A stretch of 63,632 bases of DNA, filler included, from Octopus bimaculoides (Eukaryota), in NCBI RefSeq assembly GCF_001194135.2. It is 4 parts of 3 records of this genome, joined end to end, with 100 filler letters (N's around TTAATTAATTAA, not from the genome) between each part and the next. Parts side by side here need not be neighbours in the genome. Positions count along the whole stretch, not along the records: positions 28,713 to 56,086 come from NC_068997.1; 3 more parts are not named here. One strand, written 5' to 3'. Shown here piece by piece: positions 38,215 to 50,259 of the stretch. The position numbers and the translations under genes are program-made. Numbering within the stretch: position 1 is the first letter of the stretch; every line of letters starts with the position of its first letter. The notes under the pieces are model-generated. The model made no database searches. It was not told the DNA's origin and worked only from the letters and a program-made list of their open reading frames with translations.

Positions 38215-38868
38215 TTTTTGAGTGAGAGAACAGTGCATGCCATCAAAATGACACTGGGGTAAACTATACGAAGCCCATTATACTCATCATGACATCCCTT
38301 CGAGTCAGAAAGCCTACCCTTGCGACGGCGTGTAGGCGCGGGCGTGGAGGAGGAATCGGAACGGCGGCTGCCGGTGAGTGGGCAAGCAAGCGGATCTGAT
38401 AAGGGTACACCAGGCACATGCATCACAACCATATGTGCACAACATGGTGATCTCATATCAAGATAAACAGCGCATGACCTCGCAAGTATGGCCCAGTTCG
38501 AATTTTCCTCAGGTTGAGTACCCCATTCCGCTCAAAAGGTCCCTGAATAAGGATTGTTTAAGGATGTTGAGCAAAACACTCATGTTTCCAAGGGTGAATT
38601 ATCCAAACTCCAAAGAATTCCTCTGAACACATGGCTATGATGCTCCCCCACTACTTCTGCTTGTGATCAGAGATGCACATATCGTCAGCCACCAAGAGAC
38701 ATGCTCAACTGGTTAAGGTCAAACAACTGACAGGCAAATCTGTGGTATTAAGCAGAATATTTGCTGTAGCCCATCTTTTATACCAAGACAAAACAATGTA
38801 CATGATAACACTTCCAATCAATTAAGATCAGAAGCTATGAGAGCCACTACCTGGTACTGCATCAGGGC

Positions 38869-38870
<2 letters not shown>
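38215..38870 (-). mobile_element. Non-coding interspersed repeat embedded in (TAA)n, probably a non-autonomous retroposon
   Basis: Bounded on both sides by (TTA)n, no ORF, no clear tRNA head, adjacent to an R4/Dong copy. Orientation is inferred only. Confidence 0.5.
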
Positions 38871-38894
<24 letters not shown>

Positions 38895-38902
<8 letters not shown>

Positions 38903-39738
38903 TAGTTTTATTTTTATAACGTGCTTTCACTTCACNNNNNNNNNNNNNNNNNNNNNNNNNNNNNNNNNNNNNNNNNNNNNNNNNNNNNNNNNNNNNNNNN
39001 NNNNNNNNNNNNNNNNNNNNNNNNNNNNNNNNNNNNNNNNNNNNNNNNNNNNNNNNNNNNNNNNNNNNNNNNNNNNNNNNNNNNNNNNNNNNNNNNNNNN
39101 NNNNNNNNNNNNNNNNNNNNNNNNNNNNNNNNNNNNNNNNNNNNNNNNNNNNNNNNNNNNNNNNNNNNNNNNNNNNNNNNNNNNNNNNNNNNNNNNNNNN
39201 NNNNNNNNNNNNNNNNNNNNNNNNNNNNNNNNNNNNNNNNNNNNNNNNNNNNNNNNNNNNNNNNNNNNNNNNNNNNNNNNNNNNNNNNNNNNNNNNNNNN
39301 NNNNNNNNNNNNNNNNNNNNNNNNNNNNNNNNNNNNNNNNNNNNNNNNNNNNNNNNNNNNNNNNNNNNNNNNNNNNNNNNNNNNNNNNNNNNNNNNNNNN
39401 NNNNNNNNNNNNNNNNNNNNNNNNNNNNNNNNNNNNNNNNNNNNNNNNNNNNNNNNNNNNNNNNNNNNNNNNNNNNNNNNNNNNNNNNNNNNNNNNNNNN
39501 NNNNNNNNNNNNNNNNNNNNNNNNNNNNTCTGTGACCTTTTCTGGCGTGTGTTTATACCATCTCTTTTCTGTTGTTATTCCATAATGTTGGCATAGCTTC
39601 CAGTGTATATAGGTCCCAGCTCTGTCGTGTCTGTGAATATATTCCTTCTTAGCCAGGACTGGGCAGCCAGAGATAATATGATTTATTGTTTCTTGTCGAT
39701 CTCCACATATTCTACAGTTACTTGTTATATTTCTTTTC

Positions 39739-39740
<2 letters not shown>
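38895..39740 (-). mobile_element. R4/Dong-clade RLE LINE, 5'-truncated, middle in N gap
   Basis: CCHC knuckle CRICGDRQETINHIISGCPVLAKKEYIHRHD...HWKLCQHYG...WYKHTPEKV; 3' end followed by (AAT)n; inserted in a (TAA)n tract. Confidence 0.85.
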
Positions 39741-39801
<61 letters not shown>

Positions 39802-41040
39802 CAAAGTTGGTGTGCTGGCAGTATAGATAGCATGCCAAGTAAAATACTTAGTGGTATTTCTCTTGTGTTTATGTTCTGAGTTCAAATTCTGCTAAGATTG
39901 CTTTGCCTTTCATCCTTTCTGTGTACCAGTTGAGTACCAATTGAGCTCAGGGGTTGATGAAGCTTCCTGTCAAAATTTGAAAACGAATTTTATAAATTTT
40001 AGGGACACTGTTTTGAGGGATTTTAGTCGACTCAATAGACCCTAGTACTTATTTTTGTTTTGTAAAGTCTGGTTCTTATTCTATCGGTCTCTTTTGCTGA
40101 ACCATTAAGTTATGGGGGTGGTGGGGGATAAACACACATGCACACACATACACACACACACACAGACACACAGACACACAGACTCACACACACGCATGCA
40201 CATGCACACATACACATACGATGGGCTTCTTACAGTTTCTGCCCACCAAATCCACTCACAAGGCTTTGGTCAGCCCAAGGCTATAGTAGAGGACACTTTC
40301 CCAAGGTGACATACAGTGCAGTGGGACTGAACATAGCACCATGTTGTTGGGAAGCGAGCTTCTTTCCACACAGCCATTAGCAAAATAAATAAATAAATAA
40401 ATAAATAAATAAAAATTAAATTAAAGAATAAAAAAAAATAAAAGAATTATATGTAACAAGGTGTATGTTTTTCTCACTCTTTTCACTCTGAAAAAAAAAA
40501 CAATTCTCCACAGAAGAGAAAAGATATGTTTAGAAACGATTATCTCCCCCTGAGCAGTAACTCCTCTTTGCTCCAGTAAGACCACCACGTGTATGTATGT
40601 GTGTATATACATATAAATAAATATGNNNNNNNNNNNNNNNNNNNNNNNNNNNNNNNNNNNNNNNNNNNNNNNNNNNNNNNNNNNNNNNNNNNNNNNNNNN
40701 NNNNNNNNNNNNNNNNNNNNNNNNNNNNNNNNNNNNNNNNNNNNNNNNNNNNNNNNNNNNNNNNNNNNNNNNNNNNNNNNNNNNNNNNNNNNNNNNNNNN
40801 NNNNNNNNNNNNNNNNNNNNNNNNNNNNNNNNNNNNNNNNNNNNNNNNNNNNNNNNNNNNNNNNNNNNNNNNNNNNNNNNNNNNNNNNNNNNNNNNNNNN
40901 NNNNNNNNNNNNNNNNNNNNNNNNNNNNNNNNNNNNNNNNNNNNNNNNNNNNNNNNNNNNNNNNNNNNNNNNNNNNNNNNNNNNNNNNNNNNNNNNNNNN
41001 NNNNNNNNNNNNNNNNNNNNNNNNNNNNNNATATCATGAA

Positions 41041-41787
41041 AAGAAAGAAATAGGCTAAGGAGATGTCAGAAAAATCCAGTTCATTTTGGGATAGAGTGAT
41101 TTTCTCAGATCAATTCAGATTTGCATTATTTTCAGACAGTGGACGTGTTTGGGTCTGGAGGCTTCCCAATCAAGAATTTGATTTGAAATGACTCCAACCG
41201 ACTGTGAAACATGGTGGTATCTCTGTAATGGTATGGGGAGCTGTCACCAGCAATGGTCGTTCTAAGCTGATCAAATGTGTTGGAACCATAATCTCTGAAA
41301 AATACATCAAAATACTTAAGCAAGGACTACTTCCGATGTATTTACACGATAACATAACAAAAAATGAGTTTTTATTCATGGAAGATGGGGCTCCATACCA
41401 CACAGCGAAAAGGAATCAACAATGGCTAACTGAAAATGGAATCAAAAGGCTTCCTTGTCCAAACCAATTTCCTGACATGAACCCAACTGAAAATCTTTGG
41501 AGCACACTAGATAGAGCTATGCGAAAATCTCAACAGAAATCTAAATCTAAAAATGAATTGTTTCGATTGTTGTTTGAAAAATGGGCAGAAATTCCATAAG
41601 AGACAATCACAAAGCTCATCAGTTCAATGCCAAAAAGAGTTTCTGAATTAAAAACTGCAAAGGGAATGTCAACTAAATACTAAAGTATCTAGTCCTACCT
41701 ATCGATTACATTTCAATTGTTCGCTTTGCGTATTAAATAAAAGATTTTGAAAATTAAAAGTGTCTAGTTACTTCCTGCATGTTTGTG
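41041..41787 (+). mobile_element. Tc1-like DD34E transposon, 3' half (5' part in gap)
   Basis: FWDRVIFSD, TVKHGGISVMVWG, FMEDGAPYHTAK, CPNQFPDMNPTENLW, ISSMPKRV...KGMSTKY* (stop at about 41682). Putative right end followed by TA (41788-41789). Confidence 0.9.
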
Positions 41788-41799
41788 TACATATACATA

Positions 41800-42440
41800 C
41801 ATGTATACGTATACATATACATAAGTATATATACACATATATATACACACACACATACATACATCTACAAAACAGCCCACTAACTATTCTATCTGGATGT
41901 CCGAAAAAAGTTTGTTTTCCTTGCTTTGTTTATGTTCTCGTTTTTCATTTTGTCCACGTTTTTTGTGATGTCCTGTACCCAGACATGCATCTATATATAC
42001 ATGTAGATGTAGGTATGTACATACATGTACATATATATGCATATACTCACATATTATTTGTATTATTATATATATATATATATATAAACTGTAGGTATAG
42101 GCATATGACTACCTACCACGTCTATTTTCTAGTTTGTACTGGGGATGTTTCATTTATGATGACGTACTCTTGTACTTGCCTGCATGTTGGGTCCTTCAGG
42201 TCCAAGCACGTGAAGGACCAAACACAGACAAATACAGGAGTACGTCATCATAAATGAAACATCCCCAGTATTAAATAGGAAATATACGTAGTAGGTAGTC
42301 ATACTCCTATACCCACAGTTTATATATATATACAGGTAGAATAGGTAGTGGGCTGTTATGTAGATGTAGGTATGTGTTTCTGTGTATATATATGTGTGTG
42401 TATATATGTTTATGTATATGTATATATGTATATGTATACA
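41800..42440. repeat. Long fold-back inverted repeat
   Basis: Inner arms about 42076-42198 and 42211-42332 with a 12-nt loop; outer arms about 41800-41893 and 42333-42440; about 180 bp extra in the left arm. Confidence 0.9.
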
Positions 42441-43773
42441 TATACGTATATGTATATGCATATGTATGTAGGTAAATGGATATGAATGAAAACAGATAGA
42501 CATCCAGATAGATAGGTACATAGGTAATATGAACAGACAAGCACACATGCATACGCAAATGAAGACCGAAACACGTGATTATATACACACACACATTTCA
42601 CTTCATGCAAGTACACATACGGAGACACACATCCATACGTAACAGATGCAGTACAGTCACAGAAACCCATACACAGACACACTCAAACATGCATACACAA
42701 GGGAACATAGGTGCACACATACACACACATACAAACACACAAACATGAATATGCAGAATAAATACATACAAACGTACACACATGCATAAATATAATATAC
42801 ATACACACACACGTACATTCATACACACACATGCATACAATCCTACATACATACGTACATATGTGTATGCGCACGCACACTGACCCACATACATGCACAC
42901 AAACAAAAAAGAACACAGCTTGGNNNNNNNNNNNNNNNNNNNNNNNNNNNNNNNNNNNNNNNNNNNNNNNNNNNNNNNNNNNNNNNNNNNNNNNNNNNNN
43001 NNNNNNNNNNNNNNNNNNNNNNNNNNNNNNNNNNNNNNNNNNNNNNNNNNNNNNNNNNNNNNNNNNNNNNNNNNNNNNNNNNNNNNNNNNNNNNNNNNNN
43101 NNNNNNNNNNNNNNNNNNNNNNNNNNNNNNNNNNNNNNNNNNNNNNNNNNNNNNNNNNNNNNNNNNNNNNNNNNNNNNNNNNNNNNNNNNNNNNNNNNNN
43201 NNNNNNNNNNNNNNNNNNNNNNNNNNNNNNNNNNNNNNNNNNNNNNNNNNNNNNNNNNNNNNNNNNNNNNNNNNNNNNNNNNNNNNNNNNNNNNNNNNNN
43301 NNNNNNNNNNNNNNNNNNNNNNNNNNNNNNNNNNNNNNNNNNNNNNNNNNNNNNNNNNNNNNNNNNNNNNNNNNNNNNNNNNNNNNNNNNNNNNNNNNNN
43401 NNNNNNNNNNNNNNNNNNNNNNNNNNNNNNNNNNNNNNNNNNNNNNNNNNNNNNNNNNNNNNNNNNNNNNNNNNNNNNNNNNNNNNNNNNNNNNNNNNNN
43501 NNNNNNNNNNNNNNNNNNNNNNNNNNNNNNNNNNNNNNNNNNNNNNNNNNNNNNNNNNNNNNNNNNNNNNNNNNNNNNNNNNNNNNNNNNNNNNNNNNNN
43601 NNNNNNNNNNNNNNNNNNNNNNNNNNNNNNNNNNNNNNNNNNNNNNNNNNNNNNNNNNNNNNNNNNNNNNNNNNNNNNNNNNNNNNNNNNNNNNNNNNNN
43701 NNNNNNNNNNNNNNNNNNNNNNNNNNNNNNNNNNNNNNNNNNNNNNNNNNNNNNNNNNNNNNNNNNNNNNNNN

Positions 43774-43832
<59 letters not shown>

Positions 43833-44869
43833 TATACATGTGTGTGTATGCGTGAAGGCATGTGGCCTAGTAGTTTGGGTGTTGCATTGTGATTGATTTG
43901 ACATTTGATATGCGATAGGCAATGCAATGCACCTGTGCAGCTTGTTCAACAAGAATTTGTGGTATTGTTTTTCTGAGTGGCACAGTAGGCAAATGCTTTT
44001 TACTATAATCCCAAGCTAACCAAAAACTTGTGAGTCGATTTGGTAGGTGGAAAGTGAAAGAAACCCAGCATATACATGTGTGTGTGTGTGTGAGTGTTTG
44101 TATCTCTTTGTCTCGACATTATATAACTGTTATGAGTGTCGCTATCATTCAGGCAATGTTCCTCATTTCCAGCCTTCTGTAAGACATGTCCAGCCATGGG
44201 GAAAATAATACTTTGCTTGGATACAGGTAAGCTTCAAATCAAAGATGTGGTGTAACCTTTGAATGAAGAGTTGAGAATTTTGACTCGGGGCAGTAATAGT
44301 TAGAACAAAAGAACTGAACTGTTAACACCGTGTAGGTGTGTGTCTAAATATCTTTTGTACAAATACAAGCCTTCTTGAATTTCGATCTGATTCAGAAAGA
44401 ATGCTGGTTTCAAAATGTTTAATTAATAGGTTTATTTTTATATGTTTTAATATGTTAGGGTGCATGCCTATGTGTGCATATGTGCATATATGCATATGTG
44501 CATATATGCATATGTGTATTTGTATACATGAATATATAATTCTGTGTATATGTGTGTGTATGAGTGTGCATATGTGTATATGTATATATTTGTATGGGTG
44601 CATGCACACTCATTTAAAAAAAAAATATTAATTAAAGCAAAACACTACTTAAACAGTAACATACATACCTGTATGTGTGTATGTGTGATTGTCTATGTAT
44701 GTAAGTATATGTGTATATAAATATATGCGTGTGTGTATGTGTGTATAAGTACACCCACCCACCTGTATGAGTCATCCTATTATAGGTATTTATGACAAAC
44801 TGTTGAATACTAGATTCCTTTTTTTGTTCCCCTACTTGTACAACTGCTCCAACTCGTGTCAATTGCTAC

Positions 44870-46760
44870 CCATAAATAAGAAACAAACTATTGAAGATGG
44901 AGAGGAAGTACCTGTATATTCATTGTAAAACATCCAAATGCCAAAAGCTTTATTTAACAAACTTTATTGGGAAGACAAAGTGTGATCAAATCCATGCACT
45001 TGAGTGTCTACTTCTTCAACAACCCAGCTGCCAGCATGGATGTAGATAACTTCAGCTTCAACTCATGAAAATGTCCTTTGCAAATATAAGACCTTGACCT
45101 TGAGGATTTTAATGTTGACTTGTTAAACATTATCAAAAAGGTAAAATTTTAACATCGCTTTGTACCCTATTTGAGCTGTTTAAACAATTGCATGGCACTC
45201 TTCAATACAATCTCCTAATATAAAGATCCACTGATAAAATAGAAACAAATGTGAAACAAACATTCTATGCACAAAAGATTTTTTTTCAAGCATCGTCAAC
45301 AAGACATAGGAAACAATTAACATTTCAACATATAATGGCACAACCCCCAAAACAAAGGTGGTAGTTACTCTCCTAATTATTGAAGATTTTCTGAACTGTC
45401 ACACTACATACACCCTACATCACACTTAAGGCCCACAAGTGAACTTACTTTTAAAAACTGATCTATCATACACACACAATATTGGTTTCAAATGTTGGTA
45501 CAAGGCCAGTAAGTTCAACTTCTAAATACAAATTAATCATCTCTCTAAGAGTGAGAAAGACATTGTAAGTAAATACATTCTTGGTGTCATCTTGATATTA
45601 CAAGAGCTACTGTGTTGATTCAATAGTACTGCAACATCCCTGTCGTTAACGTGTTCTGCAGCATTGAGAATAAAGTAGCCTATTAATTTGCCCAGTTTAA
45701 CATCATGGATTTCTATCCTTCAATCTAAAAATCCTTCTTCCTGAAAGCCCCATAATTCCAGGAAATAATTTACAAGAATTAGTGGTCTTGACATGAGAAA
45801 GATTCTGAATGCTTACAAAGTTAATACTATTTCATGATGATTCCTACTGGGTAAACAGAATCTACTGTTTGATGCATCTACGGAGAGCTGTGATGGGGAT
45901 GAAGTCACTGGCTTCATCAATTCATTTATCTTGGTTACCCTAAAAAGCTGTACGCACTCCAACAGTTTGGCTTTGTACAGGGATGATGGCCTGAAAACTT
46001 CAAGCTTATAAACAATTTCAAAGAGTTTGACTTAACTTTAACTGTTACCATCAATTTAGCAAAGATGTGCTTTCTGGATGTCATTCTAGACCTAAGACAA
46101 GCAAGCACCACCCCTATAGAAAATCTAATGAGGAAAGGAAAACTGATTATAGCTATAAGAATCCAACCACCTCAGCTGTAATTAGAAACCTTGTCACAGG
46201 CTGAGTGGAAGAATTTCCAATCTCTCAATGGAGAAATCTTTAGCAGGCCCACATTCTACTATAATGAGGCTCAAGTGAGAAGTGACTTTACTGGTAAGTT
46301 ACCACCACCTCAAACTTAATGAATGTTAGAAGTGAAAGAAAATGTGGTTCAAATCGCCATGTGATCTAGACACATGTACTAATGTAGCTGGAAACTTCTT
46401 GATGCTACTTAAATAGTATTTTCCAAGAACCTATAGATATGAGCTTTTTAATTCCTATAACATCAAGGTTAGCAAGTCATGTTCAGAAAGTACTGATTCC
46501 ATTACATAGAGCAATAGAAACAAATATGCACTCACATAGTCTCCACCTCCAGCCCTACCTCTAACTGTTAAAATTCCATGAGCTACTCACTAGTAGTATC
46601 TTACTACTTAAGGGCTGTAGACCCTCACATCATTGAATGATATTATGTAATTCTATGAGATATTATATGAGCATAACAGCCAATTTTTCAATGGTAGATT
46701 TACACAACACATGCATTCTTTCAGATGCAGGGAATGTGTAAAGTTTCTGTCTTTACTCCT
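44870..46760 (+). mobile_element. Naiad-like Penelope-like element, highly decayed
   Basis: DNFSFNS*KCP...DLLNIIKKVKF; RT motif LYRDDGL (45973-45993); FLDVILDL; MWFKSPCDLDTCTNVAGNFL...YFP...FNSYNIKVSKSC, matching the IIWFNPP...TNIGK.FL...FN...VKVSYSC pattern. Confidence 0.7.
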
Positions 46761-47746
46761 TTTCATATGGATACTCTAAGACCAAGGAAATGATTGGGGT
46801 CGATGGCATCCACTACTGGTCTTGTACCTAAGTCAGAAACCAATTATTTGTTCTTATTATTATTTACTGTTATCTTTAAGGTGGAAAGCTCGCAGGATCA
46901 TTAGTATAATGGGAGAAATAATTAGTGGGATTTCTTCTAGCTCTTTATGTTCTGAGTCCAAATTCCATCAAGGTCGACTTTTGGGGCCAATAAAATAAAT
47001 ACTAGTTGTGCGCTGAGGTTGATGTAATTGAGTTACCCACTTTCTCAACCTTGTTGACTTGGTGCTAAAATTTGAAACCATTATTATTATAGTTATTTTT
47101 ACTTTTATTATTATTGTTGTTGTTGTTGTTGTTGCTGCTGCTGTTGTTGTTGTTGTTGTTGTTGTTGTGACCAAATGCCATTCCATGTGGCTATTCTCAT
47201 CAAAGCTTTATATATTGTCACTATCTTAGACAGATTTATGATTTATAATAATTATTTTTCTCTCACCTTTTTTGAAGTCACTCCTTTGATGGCCCTTTTA
47301 TTAATTTGACATCTTAACAATCTCTGAACAAATACCAGAGACTGACCGAAGTGTGCATGTGTTTGCATATATGCACTGTTTGCATGCAAGCATGTGGATG
47401 TGTGTGTGTGTGTATATGCATGTATGTGTGTATCTGCATGCAGTGAATCATTTTTCTCTTTCCCACTCTCCTTCCAACTTGGCATTTCCTCTTCTGTAAG
47501 TGTGTTATTATTCTGCTATTATTACGTTCACAATAGTTATATTAATGCTTTTTCTGTGATATTTTATTTTATCATAGTCTAGAGACATGTATCTTAACCA
47601 GTTTGGACTTGTCTGAAGAAGTGGCTACACATTCTGGAAACTCCAGAATAACAGCTACTAGTCCAGCCAAAATAAACTATTTATATATAAATATATATAT
47701 GTTATACAATATATATAATATTATATATGTACACACACGCACATAC

Positions 47747-47828
<82 letters not shown>

Positions 47829-47830
<2 letters not shown>

Positions 47831-48385
47831 TGGCCGTTGCCAGTACCGCCTGACTGGTCCTCGTGCAGGTGACACGTAAAAGCACCCACTACACTCTCGG
47901 AGTGGTTGGCGTTAGGAAGGGCATCCAGCTGTAGAAACTCTGCCAAATTAGATTGGAGCCTGGTGTTGCCATCCGGTTTCACCAGTCCTCAGTCAAATCG
48001 TCCAACCCATGCCAGCATGGAAAGCGGACGTTAAACGATGATGATGATGATGATGTAGAAGCACTTTTTGAGTGTTGGACTTCACAGAGGCAATGACAAA
48101 TGACTGGCACCTTTGGCAATATGCCATGCTCGAGAAGATGACCCATCGAGCCAAGTGAAATCATAGTCATGACAGATATGGGTGTCATGCAATTGGCACC
48201 CATGCTGGTGACATGTAGAAGCACCCTAGACACTCTTGGAGTGGTTGGTGCTAGGAAAGGCATCGAACCATAGAAACCATGCCAAATCATACTGGAACCT
48301 AGTGCAGTCCCTCAGCTTACCAGCCCTGGTCAAACTGTCCAACCCATGCCAGCATGGACAGTAGACATTAGATGATGAGGATGAT
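47829..48385 (+). mobile_element. Two tandem copies of an RTE 3'UTR / RTE-dependent SINE with (GAT)n tails
   Basis: gcgttaggaagggcatccagctgtagaaac...catgccagcatggaaagcggacgttaaacgatgatg. The same sequence forms the 3' end of the RTE at 50260-51623. Confidence 0.8.
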
Positions 48386-48389
48386 AATG

Positions 48390-49087
48390 TTGATAAAGGA
48401 TGTGTATAGTATTTGAGGACAAATTTGTCTTTCTAGGAAAACATACATATAATAACAGAAAATTACCAAATGCATAGGTAAAATGATGTATTGGGTAAAA
48501 AGTAGAAAAGGCATACAAAAGAGACAGGAACCAACTAAAAATGGGATCTGTGGAAAGTGAACCCAAGAGGTTGGAGGGTCCATGAAATGGTCGTACTATA
48601 TGTTCCAAGTATCAATGCCATTGCAGGTGATTGAACCTAGGGGTACAAGTGAGAGGAAAAGAAAATATATAGAGTCCCTCAAGCACAAAAAATACTGTGT
48701 GTAACTAAAAAGAAAAAAGAAGTCTAAAAAGGGATGTGGGGGTGAAGAAAAAAATTATTGCTAAATGAAACTTAAGAGAGGAGATGTTGTAGGGAGTTAG
48801 TAATATTGATGCACCCTTCCCATGTGATGAGTGGAATAGCCAGTCATTATAAGTAAGGTGACGTTGGCCAGTATTGGGGTGTACATCTTAGACTGTGTTG
48901 AGTGTCATGTCTTACAGAGCTAATAGCAATGCTGCAATAACCGAAGTGGGGGTATTGACATACTGGCATACAAAGGATACAACAGTATGGCATTGATAAT
49001 ATCCGGGCTACATATGTTTCATAGTGAGCAGAAGAACCTCAGAAGTAATAAATATCCTACTTCTGAGGTTGCACTTGTTATGAAACA
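48390..49087 (+). mobile_element. Gypsy 3' remnant with PPT and 3' LTR (48785-49087), related to 33945-36947
   Basis: KITKCIGKMMYWVKSRKG aligns with EIVTSIGRMMYGVRSRNG at about 36270. PPT aagagaggaga, then TGTTGTA; LTR shares cacccttccc and agccag.cattataa with the 36594 LTR. Confidence 0.7.
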
Positions 49088-49126
49088 TATGTAGACCGGA
49101 TATTATCTTCTACTCCATTCTTTAAC

Positions 49127-49167
<41 letters not shown>

Positions 49168-49547
49168 NNNNNNNNNNNNNNNNNNNNNNNNNNNNNNNNN
49201 NNNNNNNNNNNNNNNNNNNNNNNNNNNNNNNNNNNNNNNNNNNNNNNNNNNNNNNNNNNNNNNNNNNNNNNNNNNNNNNNNNNNNNNNNNNNNNNNNNNN
49301 NNNNNNNNNNNNNNNNNNNNNNNNNNNNNNNNNNNNNNNNNNNNNNNNNNNNNNNNNNNNNNNNNNNNNNNNNNNNNNNNNNNNNNNNNNNNNNNNNNNN
49401 NNNNNNNNNNNNNNNNNNNNNNNNNNNNNNNNNNNNNNNNNNNNNNNNNNNNNNNNNNNNNNNNNNNNNNNNNNNNNNNNNNNNNNNNNNNNNNNNNNNN
49501 NNNNNNNNNNNNNNNNNNNNNNNNNNNNNNNNNNNNNNNNNNNNNNN

Positions 49548-49623
<76 letters not shown>

Positions 49624-50013
49624 TGTTTAGCATCCTTCTTCCACACATGTAAATTTTGGGGACTAATGTCAATTATTGTGTTGAGAAAAACACATTCCCA
49701 ATTTGGGCTGCCTGGTGTCATCCATGGTTGGGGTATGTTTCCGCTGGAATTCCGCATTGTTAGTTGAGGTAATAATAATTAATGAAGGAAACAGAAGATA
49801 GACTTAGCACTAGTCTTTATTCAGTACAACAATCGTTTTGACCCATCCTGAAGCTGTCTGTTGTGGGTAGGATATTGTGCATGTAGTTGTACTGCATCAA
49901 TCTGTGAAGTTTGTGTCACATCAGGTACATGCATAAAGAAGGGGATGTCCTGCTAGATATACTGAGATGTCCTAGGCATATTGTTCATGCCTGCTGTATT
50001 TTGGTTATATATA

Positions 50014-50258
50014 CGAGGTGAAGTTAGAAATTATCACCATATCTTTATTATTGTGACACTGCCTTCTGCACATGCATGCTTATAGTTGGTACTATTGTGG
50101 TCATGTGATCGAAGTTTGAGCCTGATCATGCCATTTTTCTTTCTGGCTTTACAGTGTAAGCATGGCCACTCCACTAGCAATGTGCACCAAAGAAGAACAA
50201 AAAGCAGTTATGCGATTTCTCTGGAAAATGGGTGTATGATCAAGAATACAAGATACAG
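50014..50258 (+). mobile_element. mariner-like transposon, 5' end fragment
   Basis: TA|CGAGG terminus; ORF start at 50162 MATPLAMCTKEEQKAVMRFLW, typical of the mariner N-terminus (CTKEEQR.VIRFLW). Confidence 0.75.
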
Positions 50259-50259
50259 T

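Noticed and set aside
38040-38310. Exact ~130-bp duplication across a 10-N gap
   Set aside because: Typical unmerged contig overlap. The near-duplicate SINE copies at 37778-38055 may likewise be haplotype or assembly duplication.
38845-38868. cctggtactgca, resembling U2 snRNA stem-loop IV
   Set aside because: Only about 12 nt match; no other U2 features or Sm site.
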